Of a DNA stretch of 64,000 bases, positions 41,890-50,166 are shown piece after piece. Numbering within the stretch: position 1 is the stretch's first letter; each line of letters begins with the position of its first letter. The notes beneath the pieces are model-generated. The model saw only the letters and a list, made by a program, of their open reading frames with translations, was not told the DNA's origin and ran no database searches. Made by a program: the position numbers and the translations under genes. This stretch comes from an uncultured Coxiellaceae bacterium (GTDB lineage Bacteria; Pseudomonadota; Gammaproteobacteria; Coxiellales; Coxiellaceae), in assembly GCA_947084935.1 (NCBI GenBank), contig CAMTUH010000010.1, positions 4,538 to 68,537 on the forward strand, written 5' to 3'.

Positions 41890-44538
41890 ATGATAGAGCA
41901 TCCGAAAAATTTTTTACAGAACGCTAAATTTCGTGTCATAGCCGCCATTGTTGCGTTAGTGGTAGTAGTCGTTGTTGTGATCGCGGTGTGGCATCGCCAC
42001 GAAGTGAACAGCGCGTTTAAGAGTTCGTCTTCCGTCGCCGCGAGTCCGGCTATTCAATCGCTGCCGGGTGCGGGAAATCCGACGAACGCCTACGTGCAAA
42101 CACAAAATATTCAAAATGCAGAACAAGCACAACAAGCGCGAAAAGACGCGACGAGTTTCGTTCCAACGATGACGCGCCAAGGTTTTGTGGGGTCACCTGA
42201 GTCGTTTGAACAAGATAATTCAATACCCGATGCGGTGCAGAAAAAATTGCAGTGCCCGATTAAGAAAGTAGTTTATATGTATAAACCCAATCCCGCGAGT
42301 TGCACGGTGGACAACTTAAGATTGGCGAGAAGTGCGGGTGTTACGGCCGAAGAATTGCTGTGCCAATCGTGTTCGTGTCCGGCTTTGCGCGTAGCGGGAT
42401 ATACGGTGGGTGAACTCAAAGACGTCGGTTATTCCGCGACGGATTTACGCCAATGCGGTTATTCTTTGTCGGAATTAAAAGCATCTGGGTTTTCCGCAGC
42501 CGATTTAAAGGCAGCAGGATTCACCGCGCAACAGTTACACGACGCGGGATTTTCTGCAGGAGAACTAGCGGCCGCTGGATTTACTCCCGATCAAATTCGA
42601 GCGGGGGGATATTCACAAGCCGAGTTGCAAGCCGCCGGTGTTCGATCCGTCAGTACCGATTGCAGCGTGGATGCGCTTAAGAAAGCGCGCGCCAACGGCG
42701 TGACAGCTGCGGAGTTGAAACAGGAAGGTTGTGGCTTAGCGGCGTTAAAAACTGCGGGTTACAGCGCAGCCGAGTTGAAATCGGCGGGCTTTACGGCAGC
42801 GGAATTAAAATCCGCTGGATTCAGTGCAAAAGATTTGAAAGCCGCGGGTTTCAGCGCGAGCGATCTTGCCAATGCAGGATTCAGCATAGCGGATTTGAAA
42901 GCAGCCGGATATTCACCGGAAGAAATCAGAGCCGCTCAGTTAGCTTCAAAAGTGTGTAACGTGGGGGGGCTTAAAAAGGCCCGCGCGGCGGGCGTTTCCG
43001 CAACCGAATTAAAAGAAAAAGGTTGTGGTTTGGCAGCGTTAAAAGCAGCGGGTTATACCGCGGCTGAGTTAAAGAACGCGGGTTTTTCCGCAGCGGATTT
43101 AAAGGCGGCAGGATTCACTGCGCAGGATTTGAAAGACGCGGGATTTTCAGCATCGCAATTAAAAGCGGCTGGATTCAGTGCGCAAGATCTGAAAAATGCG
43201 GGCTACAGTGCAAGCGATCTTGCGAATGCAGGATTCAGTGCGGCGGATTTGAAAAACGCGGGGTTCAGTGCGAAAGACCTCAAGGAGGCCGGATTCAGTG
43301 CGGACGCATTGAAAGACGCTGGATTTAGCGCTAAAGACTTAAAAGACGCGGGCTTTTCTGCATCGCAATTAAAGGCAGCTGGATTCAGTGCCGGCGATTT
43401 AAAATCTGCAGGATTTTCGGCGGCGCAATTGAAGTCCGCGGGATATTCGGCGCAGCAATTACACGACGCAGGGTTCAGTGCCGCGGATTTAAAAACAGCA
43501 GGATTCACGGCGGATCAATTGCGAAACGCCGGTTACACCAAGGGTGATTTGCTGCGGGCGGGATATACGCCGAAAGAAGCGGGTTACAATCCTGCGCCGC
43601 CGGCGCAAGCAGCACAAACCGTGCAACCGACGTTGTCTGTCAATAATTTGGAAAATACGCAGCCTAATAACGCGAACTCGGATGCAAGCGCCGCTATGCC
43701 ATCGATCAACAGTAATTCGGCGGCACAACGGTTGCAGGAAATTCAGCGGCTGCAACAGGAGCAACTCAACGCGCAACAACGTCGAGACATGATGCAACAA
43801 ATGCAAGGACAAATGAGCATGCAGGCGCAAAAACTCATGGCGGAATGGAGTAACAACAACGCGCAAGCGTATGAGGTTGCCGTGCAGCAACCCGAACAAA
43901 ATACACTGGGAGGTAGTACGACCAATGCGGCTCAATCGGCGGCTGTTGCAAAAGCCACCGGACCGACGATTAAAGCGGGAACCGTTTTATTTGCGGTGCT
44001 GGATACCTCGGTAAACAGCGATGAGAAAAGTCCGATTCTCGCTACGATCGTGACGGGAAACCTCAAGGGGGCGAAACTCATTGGAAATTTCGATCGGGTC
44101 GATAAAAAAGTATTGATGCGATTTAACTTGATGAACGTACCGGATTTCGATCATTCGTTGGGCGTCAATGCGGTCGCGATCGATCCTAATACGGCACGAA
44201 CGGCAATCTCCGGCTACGTGAATAATCATTATTTATTGCGTTATGGAACTTTGTTTGCCTCGGCATTTTTGTCGGGACTTTCGCAAGGGATTATTCAATC
44301 GGGCGCCACGCAGGATTGCTTTTTAGGTTTCTGTCACACCACGTATCAGAAACTCTCGCCAGGACAATACGTAGCGATTGGTATGGGCAACGTCGGTCAG
44401 CAGTATGCCACTACCATGGGACAAAATTTCAATGTTCCACCGACGATTAAAGTTTCCGGCGGAACGGGCATCGGCTTGTTATTCATGACCGATGTCACTT
44501 TACCGGAACCCATACCAACGAAAAATTTAAATTCATAA
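41890..44538 (+). CDS. icmE: Dot/Icm core protein IcmE/DotG
   Basis: 882 aa. N-terminal TM helix, a long array of 10-residue AGFSAxDLKx repeats, and a C-terminal VirB10-like domain. Confidence 0.92.
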   Translation: MIEHPKNFLQNAKFRVIAAIVALVVVVVVVIAVWHRHEVNSAFKSSSSVAASPAIQSLPGAGNPTNAYVQTQNIQNAEQAQQARKDATSFVPTMTRQGFVGSPESFEQDNSIPDAVQKKLQCPIKKVVYMYKPNPASCTVDNLRLARSAGVTAEELLCQSCSCPALRVAGYTVGELKDVGYSATDLRQCGYSLSELKASGFSAADLKAAGFTAQQLHDAGFSAGELAAAGFTPDQIRAGGYSQAELQAAGVRSVSTDCSVDALKKARANGVTAAELKQEGCGLAALKTAGYSAAELKSAGFTAAELKSAGFSAKDLKAAGFSASDLANAGFSIADLKAAGYSPEEIRAAQLASKVCNVGGLKKARAAGVSATELKEKGCGLAALKAAGYTAAELKNAGFSAADLKAAGFTAQDLKDAGFSASQLKAAGFSAQDLKNAGYSASDLANAGFSAADLKNAGFSAKDLKEAGFSADALKDAGFSAKDLKDAGFSASQLKAAGFSAGDLKSAGFSAAQLKSAGYSAQQLHDAGFSAADLKTAGFTADQLRNAGYTKGDLLRAGYTPKEAGYNPAPPAQAAQTVQPTLSVNNLENTQPNNANSDASAAMPSINSNSAAQRLQEIQRLQQEQLNAQQRRDMMQQMQGQMSMQAQKLMAEWSNNNAQAYEVAVQQPEQNTLGGSTTNAAQSAAVAKATGPTIKAGTVLFAVLDTSVNSDEKSPILATIVTGNLKGAKLIGNFDRVDKKVLMRFNLMNVPDFDHSLGVNAVAIDPNTARTAISGYVNNHYLLRYGTLFASAFLSGLSQGIIQSGATQDCFLGFCHTTYQKLSPGQYVAIGMGNVGQQYATTMGQNFNVPPTIKVSGGTGIGLLFMTDVTLPEPIPTKNLNS
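42331..43590 (+). repeat. coding tandem repeat inside icmE: about 38 units of 30 nt (AGF/YSAxxLKx)
   Basis: Visible 30-nt periodicity. Explains the many spurious ORFs on both strands here. Confidence 0.9.
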
Positions 44539-44556
44539 TTAAAGGGGCAGTTATCC

Positions 44557-45276
44557 ATGAATACGAAAGATAAAAAAATATCGGGTGATGAAGAATATCA
44601 GTACCCAAACGAAGAATACGTGACTGAAACCACACCGCCGGAGGAGCAGCCAGTGCACGACAAGCAGCCGAACTTTTTTATTCGGTTGATGCAAAACAAT
44701 AAACGCGTGACCGTTGTGATTGTGCTTATTTTTGTTGCGCTGATCGGGTTTAAATTATTCGGTTCGCGTAAACCGACGATGTCGATCAAACCGGCTGCTC
44801 AACCCCTTGTTCCTCAACCCACGATGGTTCAGCCGAGCCCTGAATTCGTGAATCAATTGAGTAGCTTGAAACAAGACGAGCAAAGCAACCAGTCGAGTCT
44901 TGGTCAATTGCAGGGTCAAATTCAAGATCTGCGTAATCAACTGGGTCAGACAACCACGCAGCAGGCGCAAGTCAGTCAAGCCATGATGGCCATGGTGCAA
45001 CAAATAAAACAATTGGAGCAAGACGTGCAAGCGGTGACGGCTAAACACGGCGCGGCGCCAAAGAAAGTGAGACCAACTCCGCCGCCGATGGTGTTTCATC
45101 TGCGCGCCATCGTACCGGGGCGGGCGTGGATTATCAGTAACGACGGTTTGTCGGAATCGGTTTCCGAAGGTGATACCGTTCCACAATACGGTACGGTGCA
45201 GGTGGTGGATGCCAATCGCGGTATGGTGTTGACGAGTTCAGGCAAGGTGATTGGCTACGGGCCGAACGATCGATAA
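44557..45276 (+). CDS. icmG: Dot/Icm protein IcmG/DotF
   Basis: 239 aa with a single TM helix (VTVVIVLIFVALIGF) and a Q-rich coiled-coil periplasmic region. Synteny. Confidence 0.8.
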   Translation: MNTKDKKISGDEEYQYPNEEYVTETTPPEEQPVHDKQPNFFIRLMQNNKRVTVVIVLIFVALIGFKLFGSRKPTMSIKPAAQPLVPQPTMVQPSPEFVNQLSSLKQDEQSNQSSLGQLQGQIQDLRNQLGQTTTQQAQVSQAMMAMVQQIKQLEQDVQAVTAKHGAAPKKVRPTPPPMVFHLRAIVPGRAWIISNDGLSESVSEGDTVPQYGTVQVVDANRGMVLTSSGKVIGYGPNDR

Positions 45277-45281
45277 GGTGA

Positions 45282-45797
45282 GTGATGAGTTTTGGAGTTG
45301 ATCCTAATCTCTTAATGCAAAACTTAGGAACGATTGCGAATATCGTTCAGTCGGTCACCGTTTTGATGGGGGTAGGGCTCTTCATGATGGGTATTTTCCG
45401 CTTGAAACGGTACGGGGAAATGCGAACCTTTATGTCCCATCAAATGACCATCGCCTCACCGTTATTGATGATGTTTGGCGGGATTGCATTGCTCTGCCTC
45501 CCACTCGTTTTACGTACGGCTTTATTGAATTTTTGGTCGACGAGCAACCCCCTTCATTACGAAGGACCTTTGTCTTCGTGGGAGCTTTTAATCCCCCCTA
45601 TTATCGTCTTCGTTCGTTTGATTGGAGTGGGTGCCTTCATTAGGGGTGTCCTTTTGTTTTCCCGATGTGGGAGCGAGCAGGGGCATCAGGGCATGATGGG
45701 CCGAGCCCTACTGCATATTTTGGGGGGTATGTTGTGCGTCCATATTTTGGGAACCGTGCGATTGTTAAAGGAAATCCTGGGGTTCACTGTTTCTTAA
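45282..45797 (+). CDS. icmC: Dot/Icm inner-membrane protein IcmC/DotE
   Basis: 171 aa with four hydrophobic helices. Synteny between icmG and icmD. Confidence 0.78.
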   Translation: MMSFGVDPNLLMQNLGTIANIVQSVTVLMGVGLFMMGIFRLKRYGEMRTFMSHQMTIASPLLMMFGGIALLCLPLVLRTALLNFWSTSNPLHYEGPLSSWELLIPPIIVFVRLIGVGAFIRGVLLFSRCGSEQGHQGMMGRALLHILGGMLCVHILGTVRLLKEILGFTVS

Positions 45798-45810
45798 GAT
45801 TTTTTTGGAC

Positions 45811-45843
45811 TTTAATATTTCCTTAAGGTTTAAACGTTATATT
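45811..45843 (+). promoter_or_regulatory. PmrA-box promoter of icmD-icmJ-icmB
   Basis: TTTAATATT-TC-CTTAAGG-N9-TATATT. Confidence 0.65.
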
Positions 45844-45910
45844 ATGAGAATATTAAACTGATAACAATGACAGGGATCGTCAGTCAACTTAACCGTGGAG
45901 ATTGACGACT

Positions 45911-46303
45911 ATGCGAAAGCTGATTAAACCGTTATTAATCTTAGGCTCTATTTTTGGAGTACTTTTTGCAGGTGCTGCCCTGGCAAGCGTAACATCGGGA
46001 ATTCCCTTAACCAGTATTGCCAACAACGTGGATACCTCCGTAAAAGAGCTTTCCACGGTGTTAACCGACGTTTCGCTGATTGCGGGGGTTGGTTTTGTGA
46101 TGGCGTCCTTTTTCAAGTTCCATCAACATAAATTGAATCCCACGCAAGTACCGATCAGCCAAGGGGTTACCTTGTTATTGATTGGTGCCGGCTTAGTGCT
46201 GTTCCCCACGATGATACCGACCGCTAAACGCGCGGTATTCGGTTCCAGCGCGACGATTGCAAAAGTGGGCGGTGGCCAGATTCACAGTATTATCGGATCT
46301 TAA
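45911..46303 (+). CDS. icmD: Dot/Icm inner-membrane protein IcmD/DotP
   Basis: About 130 aa with 3-4 TM helices, paralogous in style to IcmC. ATG at 45911 (SD GGAG) preferred over the TTG at 45902. Confidence 0.8.
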   Translation: MRKLIKPLLILGSIFGVLFAGAALASVTSGIPLTSIANNVDTSVKELSTVLTDVSLIAGVGFVMASFFKFHQHKLNPTQVPISQGVTLLLIGAGLVLFPTMIPTAKRAVFGSSATIAKVGGGQIHSIIGS

Positions 46304-46324
46304 CGATCCGATTCGATTGCACCG

Positions 46325-46951
46325 ATGGCACTGCACGATCTTACTTTGTCGGCCACGGAGAGCAATTGGCGATTGTTTATGGTGAGGAAAGCGGATCCCA
46401 CTTTCCTCACCTTCCAAGAAAAAATACATGCTCGTGATAATTACGTTTGCCAATATTGTGGCTTTCATGCCAAGAAACACCTTGAGGTCGTCAATCTCAA
46501 TGGTAATTATCGCGATAATCGTGCGGACAATTTGCGGACGGCCTGCAGCTTTTGCGCGCAGTGCTTTTTTTTAGAGGCCATTGGGAAAGGTGAATTTGGG
46601 AGTGGCACGTTAATCTATCTTCCCGAAATGACACAAGGAAAACTCAACGCGCTGTGCCACGTGCTGTTTGCAACGATGTTGGGAGGAAGTTCGAACGCCA
46701 CGCAAGCGCGCACGATTTATCGAAGCTTTAAATTACGCGGACAAGTGATCGAAAAAAAATTGGGGGAAGGGTTCAGCAATCCGGCTTTACTGGGACGACT
46801 GTTGGTGGATTCGCGGGCGGTAAACGTCGAGAAATTAAACGCCGAGTTGGAATCCAAAGTGCGTTTATTGCCGGACATGACCAGCTTTGCCGTGAATATC
46901 GTTGAGTGGATAAAAGATGGGCTTAATGAGCTAACGTTGGATGCTGCATGA
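46325..46951 (+). CDS. icmJ: Dot/Icm protein IcmJ/DotN
   Basis: 208 aa with zinc-binding Cys pairs (CQYCGF ... CSFCAQC) as in DotN. Confidence 0.85.
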   Translation: MALHDLTLSATESNWRLFMVRKADPTFLTFQEKIHARDNYVCQYCGFHAKKHLEVVNLNGNYRDNRADNLRTACSFCAQCFFLEAIGKGEFGSGTLIYLPEMTQGKLNALCHVLFATMLGGSSNATQARTIYRSFKLRGQVIEKKLGEGFSNPALLGRLLVDSRAVNVEKLNAELESKVRLLPDMTSFAVNIVEWIKDGLNELTLDAA

Positions 46952-49900
46952 TTAAATCCATTAAATCTTTTCTTGAGATTTTTGAGAGCTTGTTTTCTTG
47001 GCTCAGTCATTCCTTGAAACAAAACACCAGCTCTTATTGTGAATTACAAACCGCCGACAGTGAGACGGTTCTCGTTGCGCACGACGGATCGTTGGTGTCC
47101 GTTCTGCGTTTGCGCGGAGTGACCTCTCTGATTGGAAAAGAGGAATTCAATCACGTGCAAAACGGTTTGCAGCAGTCGCTACAAACTGTCATGTCGCAGC
47201 CCGGTCATGTGATTCAAGTCTATTTCAGTTACAACAAAGACGAAGCGCACGGAGAGATCAGTGAAATTCTCACGCCAGCCACTGAAACGGCAAAACGATT
47301 GGGATTGAATTTAGACGATTTGTTTAAAGAACGCATTAATTATTTAACCGGCTATTGTGCGCACGAAGAAGTCTACGTGGTTTTGTGGACGCGGTTAAAA
47401 TCATTGACGAGTGAACAGACCAAGCGTGCGCAAAAAGACAAGCGTAAAACTATTAAGAAGCAAAACATACCGCCGTTTAAATCCACGCAAAATTTAATTG
47501 CTGCGATTCCTGATCTGCGTGAAAATCACGACTCTTTTGTTCGCTCCGTGATGAGCGATTTTAATAACTATGGCCTGGTGACTGAATTGCTTAAAGTGCA
47601 CGAGGCGGTTTACGTGATGCGAAAAAGCGCCGATCCCGAATTCACCGCCCGCGAGTGGCGGCCGTCCTTGCCCGGCGATAAAATTACGATTAAAACAACG
47701 AAAGAATTTACGGGGGAGATTTCCGATATTTTATGGCCGTCGTTAGCCAGGCAAATTTTACCGCGCGACGCGGAAAATCTTAATTTGCGAACGGCGCGCG
47801 TGGGCGATCGTATTTTTGCAACGGTTTTTATTAATTTATTTCCAAAAGACATTCAAACTTTTGTGCGTTTGTTTTCACGCACTTTGCAGACCCAAATTCC
47901 GTGGCGAATTTCATTTTTATTTGAAAGCGATGGTCTTGCGGGAACGGCAATTCGTAAGGCGCTTTCGTCCGTGCTGAGCGTCACGTCTGCACAGAATCGA
48001 TTGATCCACGATTCGCTCAATTTATTAAATTATATCAAATTAAATACCGACGACGCCGTAGTGAAATTACGCGTTTCAGCAGCCACGTGGGCCCCAGAGG
48101 GAGATGTTCGTCTGCTGCGTGCGCGTGCATCGATGTTGGCGAAAGCGATTGAAGGTTGGGGTTCCTGCGACGTATCTGAAATTTCAGGAGATGCGTATGA
48201 AGGCGTGGTGTCTACCATGGTTGGCGTGTCGGGTACCAGTGTAGCGTCTTCGTCCATTGCTCCGCTGTCGAGTGTGTTGCACATGTTACCGTTATTTCGT
48301 CCGGCTTCACCGTGGCAGCACGGCGCCATTTTGTTCCGTTCGCCCGATGGGAAACCGTGGCCGTATCACCCAGGTTCGCACCATCAAACGACATGGATTG
48401 ATTTATTTTACGCGCGTCCGGGTTCGGGTAAGTCCGTATTGTCCAACGCGATTAATTTAGCAGTATGCCTGTCGTCTGGAATTCAGCGATTGCCGCGTAT
48501 TTCCATCATCGACATCGGCCCTTCAAGCAGCGGGCTTATTTTATTATTGAAAGACGCATTGCCTGCCGATAAAAAACATTTGGTGGCTTATCATCGTCTG
48601 CGCATGCGTTCCGATTACGCAATTAATCCGTTTGACACTCAATTAGGTTGTCGGTATCCAACCCCGCAAGAGCGCGCTTTTTTAGTGAATTTCTTAAGTT
48701 TGTTGGCGACGCCCATTGGTTCGGATAAAGCGTACGATGGCGTTGCCGATATGTCCGGTTTGATCGTCGATGAGCTTTATAAAAGTAAGGCAGACGACGG
48801 AAATCCTAATATTTATGCGCCGGGCCTCGAAGAAGGCATCGACGGAATTTTAGAAGAAGTGGGTTTTGTTCGAGACGCACAAACCACGTGGTGGGAAATC
48901 ACCGATGCTTTATTTATGGCGGGATTTGTGCACGAAGCCCTATTGGCACAACGGTATGCAGCGCCGGTGTTGGCGGACGTAGCGGCCATTTGTCGATTGC
49001 CCGCGATTCAGGATTTATACGGAAAAATTACCGCGCCGACGGGTGAATCGTTAATGAATGCTTTTGCGCGTATGATTTCGAGCGCCGTGCGAGAATATCC
49101 GATTATTTCGCAAGTCACGCGTTTTGATTTGGGCGATGCGCGCGTGGTGGCACTGGATTTAGATGAAGTCGCTCGAAGTGGTGGAGATGCGGCCAATCGT
49201 CAAACGGCCGTCATGTACATGCTCGCGCGTTACGTTTTGGCGCGCCATTATTTTCTGACGGAAGATAACGTGTCGGATATGCCCGAGGCGTATCGTCGCT
49301 ATCATCAAGGTCGAATCGCTGAAATCCGCGAAGATCCCAAGCGCATTGTCTGCGATGAATTCCACCGCACCGCAAAAGCACAAGCCGTTCGTGATCAAGT
49401 CATTCAAGACATGCGAGAAGGAAGAAAGTGGAAAGTGCAAATAGCTTTGTTGTCGCAATCGCTGGATGATTTTGATGACATCATGGTGGAGTTCGCAACG
49501 TCGGTATTTATTATGGATGCCGGTCCCGAACAAGCGATTCGCAAAACCGCTGAGATTTTTGGGTTATCGAGCACGGCTGAAAGCGCACTGAAAACGCGCG
49601 TGCACGGTCCTCGTGAGGGAGGTGCGACGTTCTTAGCGCAATTTGCGACGAAACACGGATTGAATACACAATTATTGACAGCTACTTTAGGACCTGTTGA
49701 ATTGTGGGCTCTGAGTACGACGGCCGAAGACGTCAATATTCGCAATCACCTGTATAAAAAAATTGGGCCTGCCGAAGCACGCCGCGTTTTATCGGCTCGC
49801 TTCCCTTCTGGTACTGCTGCGAAAATGCTGGAAGACCGCTACGCGGAATACAAAGAAGAAGGCCGCGTGGTGGATGAAGAAGCAAAGAATGGCGTGCTGC

Positions 49901-49962
49901 AAGGGCTGGTTGACGAGATCTTAACCGAATATTATTCAGAAAATGCCGAAGCCGTTGCGTAG
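46948..49962 (+). CDS. icmB: Dot/Icm ATPase IcmB/DotO (VirB4-like)
   Basis: 1004 aa. Walker A ARPGSGKS, Walker B-like region IVCDEFH. 4-nt overlap with icmJ. Confidence 0.92.
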   Translation: MIKSIKSFLEIFESLFSWLSHSLKQNTSSYCELQTADSETVLVAHDGSLVSVLRLRGVTSLIGKEEFNHVQNGLQQSLQTVMSQPGHVIQVYFSYNKDEAHGEISEILTPATETAKRLGLNLDDLFKERINYLTGYCAHEEVYVVLWTRLKSLTSEQTKRAQKDKRKTIKKQNIPPFKSTQNLIAAIPDLRENHDSFVRSVMSDFNNYGLVTELLKVHEAVYVMRKSADPEFTAREWRPSLPGDKITIKTTKEFTGEISDILWPSLARQILPRDAENLNLRTARVGDRIFATVFINLFPKDIQTFVRLFSRTLQTQIPWRISFLFESDGLAGTAIRKALSSVLSVTSAQNRLIHDSLNLLNYIKLNTDDAVVKLRVSAATWAPEGDVRLLRARASMLAKAIEGWGSCDVSEISGDAYEGVVSTMVGVSGTSVASSSIAPLSSVLHMLPLFRPASPWQHGAILFRSPDGKPWPYHPGSHHQTTWIDLFYARPGSGKSVLSNAINLAVCLSSGIQRLPRISIIDIGPSSSGLILLLKDALPADKKHLVAYHRLRMRSDYAINPFDTQLGCRYPTPQERAFLVNFLSLLATPIGSDKAYDGVADMSGLIVDELYKSKADDGNPNIYAPGLEEGIDGILEEVGFVRDAQTTWWEITDALFMAGFVHEALLAQRYAAPVLADVAAICRLPAIQDLYGKITAPTGESLMNAFARMISSAVREYPIISQVTRFDLGDARVVALDLDEVARSGGDAANRQTAVMYMLARYVLARHYFLTEDNVSDMPEAYRRYHQGRIAEIREDPKRIVCDEFHRTAKAQAVRDQVIQDMREGRKWKVQIALLSQSLDDFDDIMVEFATSVFIMDAGPEQAIRKTAEIFGLSSTAESALKTRVHGPREGGATFLAQFATKHGLNTQLLTATLGPVELWALSTTAEDVNIRNHLYKKIGPAEARRVLSARFPSGTAAKMLEDRYAEYKEEGRVVDEEAKNGVLQGLVDEILTEYYSENAEAVA

Positions 49963-49985
49963 AAATTTAAACTGGGAGAAATATC

Positions 49986-50108
49986 ATGTCAAGAGCAAGT
50001 AATGAGTATCAAGAATTATTAACGGAAAGAACTTCGTCTCAAACTCAAGATAGAAAAAGAACTGTCAGTGATCAGCTTAAGTCAATGTTGAACTACTTCA
50101 AAAAATAG
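49986..50108 (+). CDS. small ORF (40 aa) directly after icmB
   Basis: ATG preceded by GGGAGA. MSRASNEYQELLTERTSSQTQDRKRTVSDQLKSMLNYFKK. Hydrophilic, no domain recognised. Confidence 0.3.
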   Translation: MSRASNEYQELLTERTSSQTQDRKRTVSDQLKSMLNYFKK

Positions 50109-50166
50109 CGAGGGTGTCGTATAGTAAACAGACCCCTCTTATGGATATTAAAAAACAGGAGTTGGG

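Noticed and set aside
42453-43935. Multiple ORFs of 75-148 aa on both strands inside icmE (e.g. 42453..42680, 42729..42959, 43203..43508, 43489..43935)
   Set aside because: They lie within the 30-nt coding repeat array of icmE. Their open frames and repetitive translations are a by-product of the repeat periodicity, not independent genes.
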